Part shown: positions 19,637 through 27,435 of the stretch, in pieces
Layout: every line of letters begins with the position of its first letter
Numbering within the stretch: position 1 is the stretch's first letter
Source: a virus
Reading direction: 5' to 3' (one strand)
Length of the DNA stretch: 64,000 nucleotides
Virus record (IMG/VR): IMGVR_UViG_3300034524_000084
Span: 33,781-97,780 of that record
Translations under genes and position numbers: made by a program
Notes under the pieces: model-generated
What the model was told of the DNA's origin: nothing
What the model saw: only the letters and a program-made list of their open reading frames with translations
The model's database searches: none

Positions 19637-19792
19637 ATGATTTTAGTGAAAACTTGTGCTTGGTATATTATCATTATAACGATATTTGGAATATTGATTG
19701 GTATTAAAAACAAGAAAGCTACCGAGTTATTAGGTGAAATTCTTTTAAATTTACCTATGTGGTATTTAGCATATTTCGTCATTAAATTATAA
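19637..19792 (+). CDS. small membrane protein (51 aa)
   Basis: AGGAGG RBS; hydrophobic ORF. Confidence 0.55.
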   Translation: MILVKTCAWYIIIITIFGILIGIKNKKATELLGEILLNLPMWYLAYFVIKL

Positions 19793-19804
19793 GGAGGTAC
19801 TTCA

Positions 19805-20044
19805 ATGGCAAAAGAAGAATACTGGGTATGTGATAGATGTGGGAAAAAAGAACGTAAATCAATGGATGAGTTTGATTTTATAGATAATACATGGTGGGAA
19901 ATTAATTTAGGAAGGGCTGGATATGGAAGTAAATTAGATGGATGTGAGGTCAAATTCACACTGTGTGATGACTGTCTATTTGAAATCTTTAATTCACTTG
20001 CAAAACAAGCTCAAAAAAGAATTTTGGATACTTCTATTTTTTAA
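19805..20044 (+). CDS. small zinc-binding hypothetical protein
   Basis: CDRC...LCDDC; GYGSKLDG motif; RBS. Confidence 0.7.
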   Translation: MAKEEYWVCDRCGKKERKSMDEFDFIDNTWWEINLGRAGYGSKLDGCEVKFTLCDDCLFEIFNSLAKQAQKRILDTSIF

Positions 20045-20057
20045 GGGGGAAATACTG

Positions 20058-21248
20058 ATGTTGAGAGTAAAAGGAGAATACAATGAAGCAATAATTTATA
20101 CTGACCACGTAGAAGAAGAAGCCTTAAAACAAATTGCAGAATTATGTAATCAAGAAGCGTTTAAAGATTCAAAAATTCGCATTATGCCTGACGTACACTC
20201 GGGAGTAGGTTGTACTATAGGGACGACAATGACGATTAAAGATAAAGTTATTCCTAATCTTGTTGGTGTAGATATTGGCTGTGGAATGGAAGTAGCTGTT
20301 ATACAAGAAAAAGATATAAATTTAGAAAAGCTTGATAGAATTATACATGATTTTATTCCAGCAGGTCAAAACATAAGAGAGAAAGAACATCATTACATTG
20401 AAATGGTTAATTTAGATGAGTTACGATGCAAAAACAATATAAATATCGATAGGGCAAGATTAAGTATAGGTACGCTTGGGGGAGGAAATCACTTTATTGA
20501 GGTTGACAAAGATCCTGAGGATAATATTTATATTGTAGTTCATTCAGGCAGTCGTTATTTAGGAAAACAAGTTGCTGAATATTATCAAGAAACTGCTTAT
20601 AAAGAACTAACATCATTAAGAGAAGAAAAACAAAAAATTATAGAAAAATTAAAAGCTGAAGGAAGACAAAGAGAAATTCAAAGTAAATTAGAAAAATTAA
20701 AAACTCCTAAAATTAAAAAAGACCTTGCGTACTTAAAAGGAAAATCCTTTGACGACTATATCCATGACATGAAAATTGTCCAACTATATGCTGTCTACAA
20801 TAGAAAGGCTATTATAGATGAAATAATAAATAAAATGAACCTGACTGTAGTAGACCAATTCACAACAATACATAACTATATAGATTTAGAAAATATGATA
20901 CTAAGAAAAGGTGCTATTTCTGCACAAAAAGGCGAAAGAGTAATAATACCAATAAACATGCGTGATGGAAGTATTATCGCTATCGGAAAAGGTAATCCTG
21001 ATTGGAATTATTCTGCCCCTCATGGAGCAGGGAGAATTATGAGTAGAAACAAAGCTAAAGAATTATTAAAACTTAATGATTTTGTAGAATCAATGAAAGG
21101 GGTATATTCAACCACAATAAATGAATACACAATTGATGAAGCTCCAATGGCTTACAAACCTATAGAAGAAATAATAAATAATATTCAAGAAACAGTATAT
21201 ATCGACAAAATTATAAAACCTATTTACAATTTTAAAGCAATAGAATAG
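20058..21248 (+). CDS. rtcB: RtcB RNA ligase
   Basis: MPDVH, VGVDIGCG, GTLGGGNHFIE, HSGSR, HNY, PHGAGR, DEAPMAYK; start taken at the ATG after GGGGG. Confidence 0.95.
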   Translation: MLRVKGEYNEAIIYTDHVEEEALKQIAELCNQEAFKDSKIRIMPDVHSGVGCTIGTTMTIKDKVIPNLVGVDIGCGMEVAVIQEKDINLEKLDRIIHDFIPAGQNIREKEHHYIEMVNLDELRCKNNINIDRARLSIGTLGGGNHFIEVDKDPEDNIYIVVHSGSRYLGKQVAEYYQETAYKELTSLREEKQKIIEKLKAEGRQREIQSKLEKLKTPKIKKDLAYLKGKSFDDYIHDMKIVQLYAVYNRKAIIDEIINKMNLTVVDQFTTIHNYIDLENMILRKGAISAQKGERVIIPINMRDGSIIAIGKGNPDWNYSAPHGAGRIMSRNKAKELLKLNDFVESMKGVYSTTINEYTIDEAPMAYKPIEEIINNIQETVYIDKIIKPIYNFKAIE

Positions 21249-21249
21249 G

Positions 21250-21723
21250 GTGATACAGTTGAGAATCCTTTCATTCGATCAATCTACAAAATTAACTGGA
21301 TGGGCATTTTTTAACAGTAAAGAACTAGAAGGATATGGCATAATTGATGGAAGTAAAATAAAAAATCTCGACGAAAAATTGTTATACCAAAAAAATGAAA
21401 TCATTAAGCTTTATAATAACTTTTCTCCAGATTTTGTAATTATTGAGGATATACAATATCAAAAAAATATTTTCACTTACAAAGAATTAGCAGAATTGTT
21501 GGGTATTATAAGCAATTATTTTTACGAACACAAAATTAATTATTTAATTATACCTCCTTCACAATGGAAAAGCTATTGTGATATAAAAGGACGAAAGCGT
21601 GCTGAACAAAAAGAAAACACAATACAGTTTGTTAAAAATAAATTCAACATTGATGTGTCTGATGATATTGCTGATGCTATATGTATTGGATGGTATGGGA
21701 CAAACATAATTAAAGAGAGGTGA
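21250..21723 (+). CDS. ruvC: RuvC-like Holliday junction resolvase
   Basis: ILSFDQST, IIED, QWK, DDIADAICIG. Confidence 0.85.
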   Translation: MIQLRILSFDQSTKLTGWAFFNSKELEGYGIIDGSKIKNLDEKLLYQKNEIIKLYNNFSPDFVIIEDIQYQKNIFTYKELAELLGIISNYFYEHKINYLIIPPSQWKSYCDIKGRKRAEQKENTIQFVKNKFNIDVSDDIADAICIGWYGTNIIKER

Positions 21724-21727
21724 TGCT

Positions 21728-21946
21728 ATGGAAAATTTTGACAGCTTACAAGTAAAAGAGGGAGATTCTTTATTGATGGATGTAAAAGAAGTACAAGAGT
21801 TATTAAAAATAGGGGAAACAAAAACGTATGAAATTATAAGAAAAGAAAATATTCCACATATTAGAGTAGGAAGACAAATCAAAGTTTTAAGGCAAGGATT
21901 ATATGATTGGATTAAGGAAAAAATGAAAAATAATACTTATACATAA
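21728..21946 (+). CDS. xis: excisionase (HTH_17)
   Basis: VKEVQELLKIG...IPHIRVGRQIKV; next to attP and int. Confidence 0.85.
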   Translation: MENFDSLQVKEGDSLLMDVKEVQELLKIGETKTYEIIRKENIPHIRVGRQIKVLRQGLYDWIKEKMKNNTYT

Positions 21947-21969
21947 GAAGGTGTTGCTCACACCTTCTT
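21945..21969 (+). terminator. intrinsic terminator after xis
   Basis: AAGAAGGTGT/ACACCTTCTT hairpin. Confidence 0.7.
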
Positions 21970-22136
21970 ATTGTTATACAATTTCAAAAAAGATAAAACA
22001 AAATAAAAAATAGGGCATTATGATAAAAAATCTGATGCCTTTTTGACTACATTTGACGACAAAATAGATAAAAATACATAAAAAAATTAAAAATAGATAA
22101 AAAATTACAATTTTAAAAATCCGCAAAAATAAAGGC

Positions 22137-22165
22137 TTGACAAAAAAGATAAAACTATTTATAAT
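22137..22165 (+). promoter_or_regulatory. consensus sigma-A promoter reading across att core
   Basis: TTGACA-17 nt-TATAAT. Confidence 0.8.
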
Positions 22166-22185
22166 TAGATATTGTTGAGAGGTCA

Positions 22186-22233
22186 AGACTTTGACTCTGG
22201 CATTCGTAGGTTCGAATCCTACCATCCCAGCCA
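22186..22233 (+). other. attP core = 3' half of tRNA-Gln(TTG)
   Basis: AGACTTTGACTCTGG anticodon arm, GTAGGTTCGAATCCTAC T-arm, ends CCAGCCA; 5' half absent; lies between xis and int. Confidence 0.9.
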
Positions 22234-22399
22234 TATTTGAAGGATTCGATGTAGTCAAATTGACTACATTTTGACGACATAAATTGTCTGACAATTTCAT
22301 AGTCAAGGTCTTGACTACATTTTATGTAGTCAATTTTTTATATTTTTGTTCTTGACTTTTCACAAGTGATATTATAAAATAAACAAAGGAGAGATAAGT

Positions 22400-23527
22400 A
22401 TGGCAGGTTCAATCAGAAAAAGGGGGAATAAATATCAGGTTGTAATTGAATTAGGAACAGATGTGAATGGCAAGAGATTAAGAAGATATTTTACTGCCAA
22501 TTCTGAGGCTGAAGCTAAGAAAATTTTAATAGAGCAAGAATATCTATTACAACAGAATAGTTTCTTAATTCCGTCTGACATGACTTTTGGGGAATTCCTT
22601 AATTATTGGTTTGATAATTATGTAAAAATTAAAAATGAAAAAACCACACAAACTGAATACCGACGAGTATTAGATAAATATATTATCCCTAAATTAGGAA
22701 ACATAAAATTACAGAAATTAATGCCACATCATATACAGAGTTATTATAAATATCTAATGGAAGAAGTTGGATTGTCTCCTAATACTGTCTACAAACATCA
22801 TGCTAATATACGTAAGGCATTAGATTACGCTCTAAAACAAAAATTTGTAAGTGCCAATGTGGCTGATGCTGTAGAATTACCTAAGAAAATTGAATTTGAA
22901 GGCAACTCATATACAATTGAACAATTGCAAAAATTATTAGAAAAATCAAAAGATACTTATTTGGAAGCACCTATAGCTTTAGCTGTTTACTTGGGATTAC
23001 GAAGAGAAGAAATTGCTGGATTAAGATGGGAACATGTCAATTTTGAAGAAAGAACTATATCAATAAAAGAAGTAAAAGTTAGAGCTGATAGGGAAGTTAT
23101 AGTTAAAAAACCAAAAAATAAAAGTAGCGAAAGGATACTTCATATTCCTGATGGGTTATATAATATTTTAAAGAAATGGAAAGATAAACAAGAATATCAT
23201 AAAAATCTTTTTGGTAAAAAATACGTAGAATCAGATTATGTGTGTACTTATTTTGATGGTAGACCTATAAAACCAGATAAACTAAGCAGGAGATTTAAGG
23301 AATTTCTATTAAGAAATAATTTACCTCCTATTAGACTACATGATTTACGACATACATTTGCTACAGTATTATACCAAAATGGTGTGCCTGTTAAAAATAT
23401 CTCAGAAGCATTGGGGCATTCTGATATTACTACCACACTTAAAATTTATGCCCATGTTATCGACAAAACCAACAAAGAAGCTGTGAATAAAATGGATGAT
23501 CTACTAAAAATCCATAAGGAGACATGA
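22400..23527 (+). CDS. int: tyrosine integrase
   Basis: Arm-binding N-terminus, GLRREE, HDLRHT, LGHS, IY. Confidence 0.96.
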   Translation: MAGSIRKRGNKYQVVIELGTDVNGKRLRRYFTANSEAEAKKILIEQEYLLQQNSFLIPSDMTFGEFLNYWFDNYVKIKNEKTTQTEYRRVLDKYIIPKLGNIKLQKLMPHHIQSYYKYLMEEVGLSPNTVYKHHANIRKALDYALKQKFVSANVADAVELPKKIEFEGNSYTIEQLQKLLEKSKDTYLEAPIALAVYLGLRREEIAGLRWEHVNFEERTISIKEVKVRADREVIVKKPKNKSSERILHIPDGLYNILKKWKDKQEYHKNLFGKKYVESDYVCTYFDGRPIKPDKLSRRFKEFLLRNNLPPIRLHDLRHTFATVLYQNGVPVKNISEALGHSDITTTLKIYAHVIDKTNKEAVNKMDDLLKIHKET

Positions 23528-23688
23528 GTATGTTTTTTAGAGAAATATGGTTAGATAAGGGAAATCCAGCTTATATTTTTGCAAAAGGTAATAATGTGTG
23601 GATAATGTCAATTGAAGATAATATTAACAACAATAAAGAAATATTAGATGTAATTGATGAATACGGTAAAGATAGGGATTTTTCGTTT

Positions 23689-25030
23689 CTGACATACTCT
23701 CTCCACTGAAGTGGAGAGGTTCTTTAAGCGAAGTTTGGTAGTCTATGCTACCCTTATTCGCTTGGGGCTGCCAAACCCTCTACTCCTATCCAGTACTGGA
23801 TTTGGAGCTACTCTCTTTAATATATTTATTGCACCATTTATATCTGCATTCATTACTGCACCGCATTTGCTACAGACGTATAATCCTCTGTATATGCGAT
23901 TATTTTTCTTCACTACACCGCATACACTGCAAGTCTGTGATGTGTACGCTTCATCTACCTTTTCTACTTCTATTCCATATTCTTTAGCTTTGTATTTTAT
24001 CATATCAAATAATCTACCAAACGGTATTTTGTGTAGTTTCTCGTTATTTTTATGTCCTATATCCATATTTGTTATTCCATCGCTCATTCCACCTATCACT
24101 ATCTTGCTTACTCCTTTTTCTTTCGCTAATTCTACTATATGTCTTGAAACTTTATGTATATAGTCTTTTACAAAATTATTCTCTTTGATTATTAAATTGT
24201 GAAACTTTTGCGATGTTTTGTATCCTTGTTTTGAAATTACAGATTGAATCTTCGCTTTTTCTTTGGCTAATAATCTTAATCTTGAGATAAGGTGACTGCC
24301 ATCGATGATAAATGTTTCTGGATTTTCTTCTATAACAATTGAAGCGAGATTCTTTACTCCAAAATCTATTCCCATTAATTTATCTCTTTTAGGCTTGATT
24401 TCTGGTATTTCTTTTTTGTAGATGATATGGACAAAGTAGGTGGTATATCCATAAGAAGTTTTTGGAACAATTTCAATTTCCTGTACAGTATTGAGCGATA
24501 GATTTTTCGGTAAATCTATCCATAGATATTTGGACTCAATACCGTACTTTTCTTTTAAATATTGCTTTGTTTGTGTGGACAATGATAGTCTGATTTTGCT
24601 ATTAATTATTTTTATGCCATTTTTCTTCCATCTTACAGGGATATGCCCGTTTTTGGGTTGATACTTCGGCTTTTTAGTATATCCATCAAAAAAATTCTTC
24701 CAAGCTATCTGTAGTTTTTGCAGTATTGCTTGTGCAGATTGTGAATGCAAGTTTTTATACCAGAAATTATCCTTTAAGCACTTTTCTAACTGATTTACTA
24801 ATACTTCTCTGTTTTGAACAGCATAGTTTGCAACGTTCCACAATTTTGATGCTGAGTATGTTAAATGTCCCAATATTATTCTGTGTTCGCTGTTGCAGTT
24901 AGAGAGTTGAAATACTATAACTCTTGTTACTATCACTTTTCTCACCTTCTTTCTGTTTTAGATCTGCTTTATTTTATCACATTTTTACCGCCTTTCATCT
25001 CTCCAATAAATTGGAGAGCGTTCTCGGCGG
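23689..25030 (-). mobile_element. non-autonomous IS200/IS605-family (tnpB-only) element
   Basis: Subterminal CTCTCCA/TGGAGAG hairpins at both ends (23699-23718, 24999-25018); right end ...GAGTATGTCAG; no TSD; no tnpA. Confidence 0.85.
23743..24945 (-). CDS. tnpB: TnpB RNA-guided endonuclease
   Basis: LWNVAN, MGIDFG, YIHKVSR, EAYTSQTCSVCG, NADING. Confidence 0.93.
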   Translation of the reverse strand: MRKVIVTRVIVFQLSNCNSEHRIILGHLTYSASKLWNVANYAVQNREVLVNQLEKCLKDNFWYKNLHSQSAQAILQKLQIAWKNFFDGYTKKPKYQPKNGHIPVRWKKNGIKIINSKIRLSLSTQTKQYLKEKYGIESKYLWIDLPKNLSLNTVQEIEIVPKTSYGYTTYFVHIIYKKEIPEIKPKRDKLMGIDFGVKNLASIVIEENPETFIIDGSHLISRLRLLAKEKAKIQSVISKQGYKTSQKFHNLIIKENNFVKDYIHKVSRHIVELAKEKGVSKIVIGGMSDGITNMDIGHKNNEKLHKIPFGRLFDMIKYKAKEYGIEVEKVDEAYTSQTCSVCGVVKKNNRIYRGLYVCSKCGAVMNADINGAINILKRVAPNPVLDRSRGFGSPKRIRVA

Positions 25031-25127
25031 ATGATCGTAAATATTATGTATAGCACTGATTTTGATGTAGAACAATATATTTTAGATGAAGAAAAATACA
25101 AAGAAGAAGTAGAAGATGAGGACTAAA

Positions 25128-25180
25128 TAAAAAAAAGACCCCTATAAGCCCTAATTAAAGAGCTTATGGGGGATAAATTT
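25128..25180. terminator. bidirectional terminator at convergence of the two arms
   Basis: CCCCTATAAGC/GCTTATGGGGG hairpin with flanking A/T runs. Confidence 0.7.
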
Positions 25181-25498
25181 TTATTTTAATCCTTTTTCTT
25201 TTAATACCATATTCATTTCTTTTACTGCTGCTTCAATTAGTATATTAATTTCATCATCAGATAATTTGTTGCCAATCATCTTTTTAATTATTGCAACAGC
25301 TTCCGCTTTTTTGTCTGCGCCGTTACCAGAACCTAAAGTTTGTTCTATTGCCAATACCACATTTTTAACTAAATTATATGCTTTCTTAAATTTTTCATTG
25401 CTAAGTTTTGTTTGTAAAAATTGTATTACATAACCTAATACTACTAAAACAACTAATTGTATGGCATAAAACAAAATTTGTATTATTAGTTCTCTCAC
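25181..25498 (-). CDS. holin (LL-H family)
   Basis: N-terminal TM, AIEQ, G.DKK, IEAAV. Confidence 0.85.
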   Translation of the reverse strand: MRELIIQILFYAIQLVVLVVLGYVIQFLQTKLSNEKFKKAYNLVKNVVLAIEQTLGSGNGADKKAEAVAIIKKMIGNKLSDDEINILIEAAVKEMNMVLKEKGLK

Positions 25499-25510
25499 AA
25501 TGATTCCTCC

Positions 25511-26239
25511 TCAAGTAATAATATTTTTAATTTGATTTATTTGATTTGCTAATTTGTCTCTTTCTGCTCTTACTTGGTTATAATTGTTTATTAAATCATT
25601 ATAATCTTTTCTTAGTTGTTCGTAGTTAGCTTTAAGTTGATTATATTCAGTTAAAGATATTACCTGTGGTTGTTGAGGTTGTGGAGAGGGTTGAGATACT
25701 GTTTGTAAACCCAATGCCTTTTTCAGAGCATCCGCAATAGCTTTAGCTAATTCATCTAAAAAATTTTCATCTGCCAAAAATTTAGCATCACCAGGATTGT
25801 TTATAAATAAATTTTCTATAACAATAGCAGGCATTTTCGTTTTATTAAGCACATAAAAATTAGCTTGCTTAAATCCTCTATCAATTAACCCTTTGGAAAC
25901 ATAAAATTTCGCTAAACTATCATGGATTTTTTTACCTAAATCAATAGACTTTTGAGAAGCTTTTGTAGAAATATAACTTTCGAAGCCTGTTGCTAATACA
26001 TTTGCACTGTTTATATGAATACTAATAAAATAATCTGCATTTGCTTTGTTTGCTATATCGCACCTTTCTTGAAGAGACACTGTTTTATCTGTGTCTCTTG
26101 TGAGAATCACATCGCATGAGCCTTTTAATAAGTCTCTTATTTTTAAGGCAAGTTTAAGAGTTATATCTTTTTCCTTGAGCCCATTTCCTGTTGCGCCAGG
26201 GTCATAACCGCCATGTCCTGGATCTAATATTAATTTCAT
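25511..26239 (-). CDS. endolysin, N-acetylmuramoyl-L-alanine amidase (Amidase_3)
   Basis: LDPGHGG, EKD, ISIHINS, IENLFI. Confidence 0.95.
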   Translation of the reverse strand: MKLILDPGHGGYDPGATGNGLKEKDITLKLALKIRDLLKGSCDVILTRDTDKTVSLQERCDIANKANADYFISIHINSANVLATGFESYISTKASQKSIDLGKKIHDSLAKFYVSKGLIDRGFKQANFYVLNKTKMPAIVIENLFINNPGDAKFLADENFLDELAKAIADALKKALGLQTVSQPSPQPQQPQVISLTEYNQLKANYEQLRKDYNDLINNYNQVRAERDKLANQINQIKNIIT

Positions 26240-26244
26240 ACATA

Positions 26245-26460
26245 TTACCTCCCAATCATTAAATTAACTACAAGTATAACTAAAGAAGTAATAACGCCTC
26301 CCATTAAAGCTATGAGCCATGTGTATATGCCGTCCACTTTTTGTTCAAGGTTTTGTAAGCTACCGTTTTGTTTTGACTGCCATTCCTCCAATTTTTTTAA
26401 TCTTTCATCATGTTTACCTAATAGTACCTCCATGTCATTCACCTTCTCCTCTAAATTCAT
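26245..26460 (-). CDS. XhlA-like holin/hemolysin
   Basis: Coiled coil plus C-terminal TM; start MNLEEK after GGGG RBS. Confidence 0.7.
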   Translation of the reverse strand: MNLEEKVNDMEVLLGKHDERLKKLEEWQSKQNGSLQNLEQKVDGIYTWLIALMGGVITSLVILVVNLMIGR

Positions 26461-26500
26461 AGTACATACCCCTTTCTGCCAAAAAGAATACAATAAGAAA

Positions 26501-26523
26501 AGAGTAGGTGATAACCCTACTCT
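26501..26523 (-). terminator. late-operon terminator hairpin
   Basis: AGAGTAGG/CCTACTCT stem followed by T-run on - strand. Confidence 0.7.
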
Positions 26524-26538
26524 TTTTGACAATAATAT

Positions 26539-26772
26539 TTATTCGTTCTCTGCTTCTTCGTTAGGTACTGTCTTTTGTTCTACTTCTTCCTTCTCCTGTT
26601 TTGAATATTGCACCAACTCTTGTCGATATACTCTTTCGTATTCCTGGTCCAGTAATCGCTTCAGTTCATCTACAACGGGCTTGACAAGTGCTATATGCAA
26701 GGATGCCTCGTTAATTTTATTTATCAAGTCTTGCTTTAACTGCTCTACGGCAACCGTTAATGGCTTATTCAT
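26539..26772 (-). CDS. hypothetical protein (tail-associated)
   Basis: 77 aa ORF, position. Confidence 0.6.
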   Translation of the reverse strand: MNKPLTVAVEQLKQDLINKINEASLHIALVKPVVDELKRLLDQEYERVYRQELVQYSKQEKEEVEQKTVPNEEAENE

Positions 26773-27056
26773 TTTTTAGCCCCCTTTTGCTTAATTTTAA
26801 TAGAAGTAACCTTAAGGTTAGCTTTTTTAACCTTATTGGGTGTTACAACACTCTCTACCAAATTGTTGTAATTATTGAACTCTTCACCTAAATCTATGTT
26901 CAGCGCTGTTGCTAGTCTAACTACTGCTTGTCGCAAAAGCTTTAGTTCGTCCTCTAGTTCATATTTACGCCTAATTGACTCTTTTGTTTCGTTGTCTATT
27001 ACTTTTGTACGTTCTTCCGCTGAATATCCTTGTTCTATCACTCTAACTTTTCCCAC
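26769..27056 (-). CDS. hypothetical protein (possible tail fibre chaperone)
   Basis: IRRKYELEDE motif; position. Confidence 0.55.
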   Translation of the reverse strand: MGKVRVIEQGYSAEERTKVIDNETKESIRRKYELEDELKLLRQAVVRLATALNIDLGEEFNNYNNLVESVVTPNKVKKANLKVTSIKIKQKGAKK

Positions 27057-27433
27057 TGCACTTCACCGTCCTCTCCAAACGGAGTCGAATACTCTCCATC
27101 AAACCGTCTGGTGTATATTGGCAGTTCACGTAAATCGGCACAGTTAGGCGGTATATAAAAGTTACATAGTGTTAAAACAACATTTTCCACTTCGGGAGGG
27201 TGTGTATAATTCCGACCACGTACAACTACAACAGGTTCCTTTGGGTCGTCTTTTAGGTAAATTCGTACATTTTGTTCTACATCCTCTATAGGAAACTCTA
27301 TTTTGGTTTCTGGGAATATTGTTCCTTTCCAGACTCCTTTGCCAATCACTAAAGCCATAGGGTTATCGAGGGAATGAGAAATGTGGAATCCAATATCTCC
27401 ACAGTCCCTTTTAATGTAACGCACATAAATCAA
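27038..27433 (-). CDS. hypothetical protein
   Basis: Probable TTG start after GGAGG at end of fibre gene. Confidence 0.55.
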   Translation of the reverse strand: MIYVRYIKRDCGDIGFHISHSLDNPMALVIGKGVWKGTIFPETKIEFPIEDVEQNVRIYLKDDPKEPVVVVRGRNYTHPPEVENVVLTLCNFYIPPNCADLRELPIYTRRFDGEYSTPFGEDGEVQWEKLE

Positions 27434-27435
27434 AA

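Larger units (their letters stand above)
22043..22333. repeat. integrase arm-type sites flanking att core
   Basis: TTGAC(T/G)ACA at 22043, 22053, 22260, 22271, 22311; inverted at 22250, 22325. Confidence 0.8.
23524..25126 (+). pseudogene. 86-aa hypothetical gene interrupted by IS
   Basis: 23524-23688 joined to 25031-25126 reads in frame ...GKDRDFSF|MIVNIMYSTDFD...EDED*. Confidence 0.75.

Noticed and set aside
22186-22233. Functional phage tRNA-Gln
   Set aside because: Acceptor 5' strand and D-arm are missing; it is an att core.
21974-22306. 110-aa - strand ORF
   Set aside because: Antisense across attP and the tRNA fragment.
23711-24163. + strand ORFs within tnpB and similar short antisense ORFs elsewhere
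   Set aside because: Shadow frames of well-supported genes on the opposite strand.
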